A DNA stretch of 64,000 nt from a virus. Taxonomy: Duplodnaviria; Caudoviricetes. This document shows, piece by piece, positions 46,728-57,100 of the stretch. The position numbers were made by a program, and so were the translations under genes. The first letter of the stretch is position 1; the number at the start of each line of letters is the position of its first letter. The notes under the pieces were generated by a model. It searched no databases. It was not told the origin of the DNA and worked only from the letters and a program-made list of their open reading frames with translations. The stretch spans positions 32,001 to 96,000 of the IMG/VR virus record IMGVR_UViG_2857089846_000001; one strand, given 5' to 3'.

Positions 46728-46761
46728 AGGGTCATCGCTTGGAACGCTTGCGTCTCGGGCG
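46728..46761 (-). promoter_or_regulatory. Candidate late promoter (leaderless geometry)
   Basis: CGCCCGAGACGCAA-14-GACCCT, then 7 bp to the GTG. Confidence 0.5.
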
Positions 46762-47021
46762 CTGTTAGCGTCAGCCTGCCCACTCGTTTTGCGTTCCGTG
46801 CCCGGCTCGCCAAATTTGCAACGAGTTGGACAAGGAGCTAGACAGGAGGCGAGAGTCCGGTGTCCGATGGGCACGCTTTCACCAGCCCCGCCTTGGGGTG
46901 GGAGCACTTCGGGCGAATCCGACCGCCTAGAGACCGGTCGGGTTCGCCTGATCTGCTCACCCGCCGCGGTCGCATGCCGCCCTCCGTGCCCCCCAGGTAC
47001 CTGCCGGTACGACCGTACTGC

Positions 47022-47153
47022 CTACATCCAGGCCGCGATTGCGGCCACGATCGCCACGATCAGTCCGAGGACTGTCAGCGCGATCATGACGCGGTCAGCA
47101 GGCCGCCACTTAGGGCTGCCCTGCCGCTTCTTCTTGCGGGGCAATGTTTCCAC
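47022..47153 (-). CDS. ~40-43-aa membrane peptide
   Basis: (M)ETLPRKKKRQGSPKWRPADRVMIALTVLGLIVAIVAAIAAWM; purine-rich AGGAAGGTGG at the start; below the ORF-track cutoff. Confidence 0.55.
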   Translation of the reverse strand: METLPRKKKRQGSPKWRPADRVMIALTVLGLIVAIVAAIAAWM

Positions 47154-47335
47154 CACCTTCCTGCGCTAGGGGACGGGAATCGCGTGCTCCATCTGGCAGC
47201 GGACCACCTCCTAGGTCGAGGTTTCCCCCACTACACCACCTCGCAGAGGTGTAGTCCACTGAGCCAAGCCTCACTTTGATCATGCTGTTGAACAGGAAGA
47301 ATGCTGCTACCGGCAGCGGCAAGGCTCACTCAGCG

Positions 47336-47371
47336 CTGACAAGCCCGTAGCAGATCGCTAGGATTCTGCTA
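47336..47371 (+). promoter_or_regulatory. TA promoter/operator
   Basis: CTGACA-17-TAGGAT, 6 bp before the ATG (leaderless); inverted repeat TAGCAGA/TCTGCTA (47348-47371) brackets the -10. Confidence 0.6.
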
Positions 47372-47628
47372 TGTCAAAGACACAGTTGAACGCCCGCGTG
47401 CCCGAGGAGCTGGCCAGCGAGGTCCGGTCAGCCGCAAGCAGGGCCGGTATGGACATCGGGGACTACGTCGCCGCAGTGCTTGAGGCGGACCTGGCCGCAG
47501 CTTCAGGAAGCGAGGAGCTGCGCCGGGCTCGTGCGAACATGCACGCCGCAGCGGCGTACAAGAAGTGGATGGCGGCCGGACAGCCCGAGACGGGTGCGAT
47601 GAGCATGGATGAGGTCTTCGGCGCGTGA
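47371..47628 (+). CDS. Ribbon-helix-helix antitoxin
   Basis: KTQLNARVPEELASEVRSAA; C-terminal MSMDEVFG. Confidence 0.75.
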   Translation: MSKTQLNARVPEELASEVRSAASRAGMDIGDYVAAVLEADLAAASGSEELRRARANMHAAAAYKKWMAAGQPETGAMSMDEVFGA

Positions 47629-47873
47629 CGGCGATCCCGGCGCGGTTCGCCGCCAACGTAGGCGAGACGATCAAGAACCTGCCAGTGCCCGACAGGGAAG
47701 AGCTGCACAACGCCGTGCTCCAGGCGTGCGCTGATCCCTGGTCGTGGCCGCAGGCAGACAAGTACGACATGGACGAGACGGTGCGCGTCATCACGACGCG
47801 CGCCGCCATCGTCCACTACGTGATCCTCCCGGGCCCCGACCCTCACCTGTGGGTCTTCGCCATCACTCTCTGA
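47625..47873 (+). CDS. RelE/ParE-like toxin
   Basis: 82 aa; GTGA-coupled to the antitoxin; secondary-structure order fits RelE (IKNLP..ACADP..IVHYVI..LWVFAI). Confidence 0.6.
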   Translation: MTAIPARFAANVGETIKNLPVPDREELHNAVLQACADPWSWPQADKYDMDETVRVITTRAAIVHYVILPGPDPHLWVFAITL

Positions 47874-48090
47874 CCTCCACCACCGTCGTGTGCTCGCGCA
47901 GCAACGCGAGCACGGCGCCGGTGTCCGTGGGCTCCAGCGTGCGCCGGGGCCCGAGCGGACCGAGCAGCACCGGCTTCCCGGCGTGCTGCTCGACCAAGGC
48001 CCGCACGCGGCGGGAGCCGGTCACCGGCCACTGGCCGGTGACCTCCACGTCGTAGGCAGAGCCGTCATCCAGCGTGCCTATCACCCTCAT
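47863..48090 (-). CDS. Small hypothetical protein after the giant gene
   Basis: MRVIGTLDDGSAYDVEVTG..; GGAGAG RBS. Confidence 0.65.
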   Translation of the reverse strand: MRVIGTLDDGSAYDVEVTGQWPVTGSRRVRALVEQHAGKPVLLGPLGPRRTLEPTDTGAVLALLREHTTVVEVRE

Positions 48091-48104
48091 ATCCGACTCT
48101 CCTT

Positions 48105-51100
48105 CTACCGGGTCGCGAGCAGTCCAAGGAGGAAGGCCCGCAGGTCGTCGTCCTCGTACCAGTCGCCGGAGAACAGCGTCCCCAGGCCGAGCGGCACGAC
48201 GTCGCCCGTGTCGCCCTGCTCCGTGCGGTTGCGGAACAGCCTCGCCATCAGAACGTCCACGGAGGTGCGGCGCCGCGCTCCCACCCGGCCGCTGTGGGTC
48301 CGGGTGAAGTGGAACGCCTCCTGCGCGGCCAGCAGATCCGGGTAGTGCTGCTGCAGGTGCGCGAGCAGGGCGTGCGCGGCCGTGCGGCGGCCGCCGTCCC
48401 CGAGGTCCGCGACGGTCGCGATCCGGCTGTCCGGGTCGTACCCGCCGGTGTCGCCGCCACGGGCCCCGATGAACCGGGAGTCGGCCGGCGTCAGCCAGTC
48501 GCGCGGCACGAACTGGGAGATGTCCGTGAGCGCGCGGACGGAGTCCCTGTCGCTGTCCGGGGTGGTCACCAGCGTTGCCGTGGTGCCCGGCCCCATCTCC
48601 CGGAGCTCGGCGAGGGTGTCGCGGACGGCGTCGGGGAGCGCCGCGGTGTACGCCTGCTGAAGGCGGGTGGCCTCCTGGCGCGCGGACTGCGCCTCGACGC
48701 GGGCCGCGGCGATCTCCAGGTCGGTGTCCGTGGCGCCTCCGGCCGCAGCCGCTTCCAGGTCGCGCAGGCGCCGCTCGGCCGCGTCGGCGTAGCCGGAGGC
48801 GTGCCGGACGTTGCCGTGCGGGTCGTCGCCGAGTTCCGGCGCCGCCGCGGCAAGCCGTGCAGCGACGTCGGTGTCCACGTCCTGCCCCGCTGCCCGTACG
48901 GCGGCCAAGTGGCGCAGAGCCTGCGGGCCCGGGCCGCCGTCCACGGCACGGTCCGGGGCCCAGCGAACGCCGTCCCGCACGGCCGGGAGCTGTCCGGCAG
49001 CCAGAGACGTCCGGCTCGCGGGGCGGTACCAGCGGGAGCGGCGCGAGACCTGACCGAAGCGGCCCGGCGCCGGGAGCAGCCGCGCCCAGTGGGCGACACG
49101 GTCGCCGAGCGGAAGCCCGTCGCCGTGCTCGGGAAGGTCTGCGGCCGCGGCCAGGCGGCGCAGACGCCGGGTCTCCGGCCACGACTTGATGCGCTCCATG
49201 AGGTTGCGGCGGAAGCGAGCAAGGCGTTCCCGCAGACTCCGCGTTCCGTTCCGGCCGGCCCGCCACGCCTTCGCGACGACCCTCGCCAGCCACTTCAGCA
49301 GCGCCATGAGGAGGCTCAGGAGCTTCCGGGCGATGGCGACGAGCAGGGCGAGGGCATGAGCGAACACGCCCGGCCGGCGGCCCTCCGGTACCTGGGAGGC
49401 GATTCGGCGGGCCGTCTCCTCGCGGGTCGCTGCCAGCCGCGCGGCGAGCTGCGCGACGATCGCGGCGCGCCGCTCCTCGGTCAGCTCACCCCCACGGACC
49501 GCGTCCGCCAGGGCCTCGCCGACAGCGTCATCTACGTGCCGCAGCACAGCGCGATCGACGCGGGAGTCACCATCGATGCTGTCGCCGTCACGGTCGTTGT
49601 CGGGCCGGTTGCGCAGGGCCTCCGGGATGAGTCGCAGCAGGTCGGCAGCGCGAGCGGCCAGCTCCTCTTCCGACTCTCCATCGCGCGGTTCGAGGTCGTT
49701 GACGGTGCGCAGGACCGCGCGGACAGCGTCCTGACGCGCACTGGCCGCCTCCGGGCGCAGGGAGCTCACCAGCTCATCGCGCTCGGTGTCATCGAGGTCC
49801 GCGCCGTCGATCACGTCGCGAGCCTCGTTGCGGACCCTGCTCATGGCCGACCGCAGCGACTCCGGGGTGAGCTGCGCGGCGATCTGCTCGCGAAGCTGGT
49901 GGATGCTGCCCGGCGTCGTCGTGCCCTGGATGGCGTTGTCGATGACGCCGCGCACGACCGCGTCCCCGTAGTCGGCGCGAATCCGGTCTGCCGCGGAGGG
50001 GCGGCTGGCGTCCTGGTTGCCGTCCGCCGGCGGCAGGGCCGGGGTGGGTCGGTTCCGCTCGAACACGTTGACCTGCCGTCCGCTGTGCAGTGACAGGTCG
50101 TGCATGTTCCCGTCGCCGTCCATGACGGTCACCGACATCCACCATCCGTTGCGGTGGGGCGGGGCGACGACCGTCAGGCGACGGTGGTCGTTGAGCCGGT
50201 AGCCGGCACCGGAGAGGGGTGCGTCGATGACATCGCCGACGCGCAGCTGTCCGGCCTGCACACGGGCGACAGGAACGGCCGGAGCCGCCGGATCGGACGT
50301 GGCCGGGGTGTCGCCGTCGTCGTCCTGCGCTGCCGTGGCGTCCGAACTGGGCTCGGGAAGCTGGTACAGCGACTCTCCGGAGGCGAAGGTCCGCTTGAAG
50401 CGCAGCCCGTCCTCGTCCTCGATCATGAGCGTCCGCATGCCCCCAGGGGCTTCCTGGATCTGCACGACCCGGTACGCGGTCATCGTGTCCGGGTCGAACT
50501 CGTCCGGGAGCATGAGCGTGTCGCCGACACCGACGGCGCCGATGGTGCCCGGCTCCGGCCGGCCCGTACCACCGTCGGACTCGTTGCCCGCGGCGGCGTC
50601 CAGGTGGTCGGCAGCCCGCCGCGCGGCCCGGCCCTCCGAGGTTGAGGCGTCGGCGCCTTCCCGCAGCGCACCGGCGAGCGCCGAAGCCTGTCCGGCCGTG
50701 ACCGGCAGGTCGTTGGCGATACGGGCCGCGGCCTGCTGCGCCTCGGGGTCGTCGGTCGGGACCTGCCCGCGGTCGGTGATCGCGTCGCGCTCCTCCGGCG
50801 AGAGGTCGGGGTTAACCGTCGGGCCGTTGACCGGGGCCACGGCCGGGGCCGGCTCGTGGGGCACGATCGGCTCGGGGCTCTCCGGCTCGTCCTCCGGCCC
50901 GAAGTCGGGGGCGCCTCCCTCCGCGTCCACCGCCCGCCGCATCGGCGCGTCGCTGGGCACCGAAAGCGAGCCGATGTCACCAGCAATGGGGTCCTGAGTG
51001 TCGAGCGTAGTCCGCGTCCCGGTGTGCCGGATGGAGGTGATCCTCCTGGGTCGGCCGTTGCGTGGCACGAGCAGGTCGCCTTCCTTCAGCTCACCTGCGG

Positions 51101-54100
51101 TGACCGATTCCACCCGGGCGACCTTCGGGGGGGCCTGGCCGTCGCCGTTGGAGGTATCGCCGACGACACGAAGGTCACCGATCGGCAGCTCCGCCATCCC
51201 TTGGGGGGCGGCGACGGTGGCAGTGTCGCCGTCCACATCTTCGACGGTGCCGAGCATGTTGCCGTCGCGGTCGCTCACGATGTTGCCGGGCCGCACCCGG
51301 TGCCCGCCGGTGGTCCAGCCGTCGGGCCGGGCCGCGCCGCCGTCGGTGACGTTGAGGGACGTCGGGGCGTGGTCGTCGTCGGTGCGGTCGTCACCGAACT
51401 GGACACGGACGCTGTTCGCGCTCGCGCCGGTGACTACGCCTTCGCGGCCGTCGTCGTTGGTGACGATCGCGCCCGGGAAGAGGCCGTTGGCGTTGCGGTC
51501 GGTGGGCACGCGGTCGGCGATGCGGCCGGTGAGGACATCCGAGTCCGCGCCGGTCTGCGGCGAGCCCTGGAACTGGTCGGCGTCGTCGCGGGTGGCGCGC
51601 GCGGCCGCGGCGTCCGGCCTGACCCACACCGGCTTGCCGTCGCGGCTGTCGGGGGCGTCAGCGATCAGGACGCGGTACATGTCCTGAAGGCGGCGAGCCT
51701 GCGTCGTCGGGATCGACTTCGGCCCGTCCACGACGTACCCGGCCAGGGTGCGAGCTGTTCCCCGCTTGGTGGTGCCGTCGACCCGTACGAGGTCGCCCAA
51801 CGTGAGGTCGCTGACCTTGACCCACTCCGCGGGTCGGCCGCCGACCGGTTCCGGCGCGGCCGAGTCTGCGGGCGTGGTGTCACCCTCGCTGGCAGGCTCC
51901 TCGCCCTTCGGGCGGCCGCCCTGCGTCCTCTTCCCGGCGGAAGGGTCAGCTTCCTGCCGGTCGTCCTGGTCGGACGGCGCGTTGCTGCTGTCGCCCTCCG
52001 AGGACGGCGCGTTGTCCGCTGCGCCGCCTGCGGAGGTGGGCTGCGCTTCTTCCGCCCGGTCGCCGCTCTGGTCGCGGTCTGCTGCCGAGCCAGGCGCGGC
52101 GGGCGTGCCGGCGGGCTCACGGTCTGCCCCGTTGCCGCTACGGGCAGGGGCAGTATCGCGTGGCGCTTCGCCCTCTCGGCGACCGTAGCGGTGGTCATCG
52201 AAGGGCATGTTGACGTCTTCGGCGCGGGCGAGCACGAGTCCGCTGCCATCCACGGGGATGACGAAGGTCTCTGTGTCGATGGCGTGCCGGGTGGCCTCCC
52301 ACGGGTCACCGCCGACCGTGATACGCCAGGCCCTCTGTCGCTTCCCGTCGGTGGTGAGGGTGGCCTTCTGCGGCTCACCGATGACGTAGCCGGTGCGGGA
52401 GGCGGTCGCACCCGAGGAGCGGCCGCTGATCCTGCCGCTGAGGTGGACGATGTCCCCTTCGCGGATGTCGCCTGCGGGCACACGGTCGGCCCGGTCTCGT
52501 GCGCCGTCCGCGAGCAGATCGTTGAGGGCCTGGTGGGCGGCACGGTTCAGGCGAGCCTCGTGGTGCTGTGCGCGCGGGTCCTCCGGGCGCAGCACGTCCA
52601 GGTGCTTTCGGATCTCGTCGGCCAGCCACCCCGGGCCGTGGATGTTTGCCTCCTTGAGGCTGGTCGGCGGCTGCTTGTAGTGGGTGTTCAGCCAGCGCAG
52701 TTCGTCGTGCAGGCGGGCGAGGTCGTCGGCGACGTTGCCGCTCGGTGTCTCGCCGCGGCCCAGCGCGGCCAGCAGGTCGCGGAGCGCCTGGAGGCGTTCC
52801 ATGTCCTCCGGGCGGTTCTCCAGAGACTCCAGGCCCCTGCGTCCGTCAAGGGCGCGACCGTCGTCCATGCTGCTCAGGTCCCGTGCAAGGTCCGGGTGGA
52901 CGATGCTCAAGTCCGGCTCGCCCCGCTCCTTGTCCCGCAGGACAAGGTGGGCGATGGCCGCTTCCCTGGTCGCGAAGTGCGGGCCGCTGGAGCCGAAGGG
53001 CAGCTCGCTCCACCACACCTCTGGGTCGCCGTCGGTGTGGTCGTTCCTGTAGCGGTGCGGAGCATTCAGGTTGCCGATCAGGCGGCCGTTGCGCCACACC
53101 TGTCCACTGCGGTCCGAGCGCATGAGCGGGCCGGGGACAAAGCCCTCCTCAGCGAGGGCCCGCATCTGCTCCGGAGAGCCGAACAGCGCACGCTCGCCTT
53201 CCTCGTTGATGACCCTGTCGCTGCCGCGGCTCTCGTACCGCTTCAGCTCCTCAGCCGTGGGAATGCGGCGGCCGTCGACACTGCCGGCGTGCTGCGGCCC
53301 GTGCACCGCGTTGCCCACGTACTGCGAGGGCTCCGCCGTCGCACCCGGTGCCGCGGTGTCCGCTCCCTGTTGCCCCTCGCCCTGCGTCGTGCCCTGGGCG
53401 CCGCCCACGGCTGCGGTGCCCGCCCGGCCGCGGCTGTCATCGCCGGGGCGCCGGGGCGCGGCGTCACCGCTCTCGGTGGTGCGGCCGGGCGCTGCCGGGG
53501 CGTCCGGTCCGGAGGCCTCCCGGCTTTCATCGCTGCGCAGGTCGATCATGTTCTGCCGGGCCCGCGCGACGGCACCGGCGAGCGGCATGCCGTCAGCGTC
53601 GCTCCAAGCGCGCATGCGCTCCGGGTCGAGCACGGGGCTGGTCCAGTCGATCAGCTCGCCGTCTGCGTCACGGAGCCCCTCGTAGGCGCCTGCGAGGCGA
53701 CGGGCGCCCTCACGGCCGCCGATCGCATCGCCGCTGACCTCCCAGCCTTCCAGGTGCAGGCCGCTGGCCGCGTGCCCGAACCGCCAGGTGTCACCGGTGT
53801 TGGTCCAGGTGACGAGGCCACCGCCAGGAGACAGCGTGAGGCTGTCGTTGCTGGCGAGCCCACGCAGGTACTGGGCGTGCCTCTCCGGGTCGGCGCCGCT
53901 GGGTACTGGAGCCTCGCCGGAGCGGTACCGGTTCTTCAGTGCCTCCAGACGACGTGGCTCGTCCTGGTTGCCCGAGGAGTCGCGGCCGTCGTCGTCATCG
54001 TCATCCCGGTTGCGGCCCGGGACGCGCGGAATGACCGGGCGTGCGCCGCCCGGAGTGTCGCCGCCGGACTCAGGCCGGTTGCGGTCACGGTCGCGACGCC

Positions 54101-57100
54101 GACGACGGTTACGGCGGCGCCGCTCGGCGTCCGCGTCGTCCTGCCCGTCCTGCCCGTCGTTCTCGTCGTTCTCGTCGTCGCGGCGGTTGCCCTCCTGCTC
54201 GTCGCGGCTCGCCGCGTCGTACGCGGCCACGAGTCCGGCCGTGGCGAGATCCTTGTCGCTCCACGTCCGGCGCTGACCGTCAGCGCTCTCAGCGTGGTAG
54301 TCCGTTGGGCTCTTCCCCCAGTCGTGGGCGATCCGGCCGACGTCCACTCCATCGACGCTGACGCTCCACTCCTTCTTGCTGCCGTCGTTCGCGACCTCGG
54401 CGACGTCAGCGCGGGCCACCAGAGCGGCCACGCGGTCGGGACCGCCGAGTTCATACGTCTCGTGGTCCTTCGGCAGCCCCCAGTTGGTGAACACGTCCGT
54501 ACGCGCCCGGTGCTGCGCCCTCTTGCGCACTGCCGGCTCGGGCTTCTCCACGAGTACGACCCACTCCTCGGCTCCCACCGTGTGGGAACCGCGGTCGGAG
54601 TCCAGTGAGACGGAGCGGATCTCGCCTTCGCGGCCATTCCGGTGCGTGTGGATGACGTAGTGCGGCGGCTCCATCCCGTCAAAGACATCGGCCGTGCCTC
54701 GTCGCGCAGAGCTCACCGTGTGGAAGATGTGTCCCTCGCCGAGTTCGGAGCCTCGCACCCAGCGCATGCCCCTGGGCAGCTCTGCTTCACCGATGCGCAG
54801 CTCGCCGGTTCCCGATCGGGCATCGGCAGCGGGGATCATCGGCGCGCCGAGGCTCTCCCGCCGGCCGTTCTCCCAGTGCATGCCAGCCCAGTTGCCGCTG
54901 TCGTCCTGCGTGGCCCACCCGGCGAAGGCCGCCCAGTAGGCGCGAGCGTCCGCGACAGCGGCCTGGAGAGGGCGGAGGGCTTCGGGAAACTCGCCACGAA
55001 TGCCGTAGGTCGTCTGGTCGGGGTTGTCGCCGCCGACGACGCTGACGAGGAAGTCCTCTGCTTGCTGCTCGGAAAGGCCGTGCTCTTCAGCCCCGACGCG
55101 GGCACGCGCGACCTGCTCGCGCACCAGCTCACGGACCTTCTGCGTCCTCTCCTCAGCGAGCTGGTTCCGAAGCTCCAGGGCCTTCTTCCGGCCGTTCCGG
55201 GTGGCGATGCGGTCGACCAGGAGGGGACGGAGGTCTGCGCGCAGCTCCTCGCCCGCCTTCTGCACGGAAGACCTCAGTTCCTCGACAAGGCCAGCGAGGT
55301 ACTGGCGTGCTTCCTGCGGGACTTCTTCCAGGCTTCGCCGGGTGTTCTCGTCATACTGCGCCGAGGGCTCGACATCGGCCATCGTGGAGATCCAGAACCG
55401 TACCTGCCAGGGGTCGGCCGTGGCCGTCCAGCCGTCGCCGTTGTGGGCGAGCGCCCGGTCGAGGTACACGTTGCGTACCCCGGCCGGCTGCGGCTCCGCC
55501 CACACACCGGCCCACTCTCGGATCGGTTCGGCGCGGCCGCTTCGATCACCGGGGAAGCTCAGCAGCGGCTTGCCGTGCTCGCCTGCGAGCGCGAGAGCCG
55601 CGGCGTGCCCGGGGTTGTCGAAGTCTCCCTGGCGGTACCACTGGTCACCGACGGAGCCGTACAGGTCGTGGTCGGCGCGCCAGGCGTCCCCTCCGGTCCA
55701 CTCCGCATCGCTGTGCAGGAGGGAGCCGATCCGCTCTCCGTCGAGGTAGACGGAGCGCCGGACCTCGTCCCTCTGGAAACGGCTCTCGGCGGGGATGGTC
55801 TGGACTTCGCCGACTTCCACGGGCTTGCCGTTGTGCTCGCCGACCTTCTCGCGGATCTCCTCCGGGCCGTTCCCGACTTCGGTGTCGGCTGCCTGAGCGG
55901 CGTCCGGCGCCGGTGCGTCGCCGCGCCGGCTGAACGGGTCGGGCTCGCCGGGCGGGGGCATGGTCGCGGAGGCTTCCAGCCCGCGGGCCTGCCAGCGCAC
56001 GCCTTGGGCCAGACGCCGGTACAGCTTCTCGCGGCGGCGGCCGTCCGCGGTGCTCAGGTCGAGAGCGTCGGCCTCTTGGTCGATGGCGTCGGCTGCGTAC
56101 CGCATCTGGTTCGCCGACACGGGCCCGCTGTAGTAGTTGTTGGCCACGTGCCGCAGGTCCGCGTCGTCGCCGTTTGCCCATCGCTTGGCGAGATCCCCGA
56201 GCTCACGGAACTGGGCCTTGGTCAGCAGCGTGCCGAGGATTTCGCCGCGCATGTCCTCCGGGCGGGTCACGCCACGGCCGTGGGAAGGGTCGACGTTGGA
56301 ATCCGCTTGGTAGGCGGCTGACCAAGCTGCCCCCTTGATGGAGCGGTACAGGCCGTTCTCGCCGGTGCCCTCGGAAATCGCAGCCGCAGGCGTCCTCGGG
56401 CCGCCGCCGCGGGCATCCTGCGCCTTCCAGGTGGATGCACCCTTGGGGCCTCGGGCCCGAATCCAGGCGACCATCTCGCCGTCCCGCATGATGGCGCCGT
56501 GGCCGGCGTCCACGTCGAGGTTGGCCAGCCGGTAGCCGTCCATGCTTTCGATCGGAGCACCTTCGCTGGTGGCAGCAGCGGCCAGCCACGCGTTCTCTCG
56601 CTCACGCTTCGCGCCGGCTTCCGCCTTCCTGTCCAGCTCGGCGGCCGACGCGTCCTGGCCAGGCCGGCGCAGCTCGGCGAGGGCGATCGGGCGCATCCCG
56701 GAGTCGGTGTCGACCAGAGCGAAGCCGTTGTCGGCTATGTGCCGGATGGCGCCTGCCCCGTGCTGCGGGGTGAGCACCTGGTCCCCCTCGCCCCACGAGC
56801 TGGTGTCGGCGTCCGGGGCGTTGTCCGGCTTCGGCGCAGGCGTGGGCGCATCCGGCGCGTTCGTCTCATCGGAGGGTGCAGGCAGCTTCTTCGGAAGTGT
56901 GAGGCCTTGGAACTTGGCGGATTTCCTCACGTCACGACGGCGAAGCGCTTCCTCGGCGAGCTGCCGCGACTCCTCAGTCTCGTCCAGGACGACGAGCTGC
57001 CGGGGGTCGTAGCCGAGGTTGACTCCCCCGATCGTGGCCAGGTGAGCGGTGTAGAGCCTCGTGCTGCCGTCTTCGCCCGTCCCCGTGGCCATGACGAACC

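Noticed and set aside
46765-46778. TAGCGTCAGCCTG as an extra late-promoter box
   Set aside because: Poor match upstream of GAC; the neighbouring copy at 46748 fits the consensus and spacing better.
50856-54608. 1250-aa + strand ORF (and similar ones at 20736, 22941, 28321 and the Arg-rich 21391 frame)
   Set aside because: Antisense or frame shadows of real high-GC genes; no motifs.
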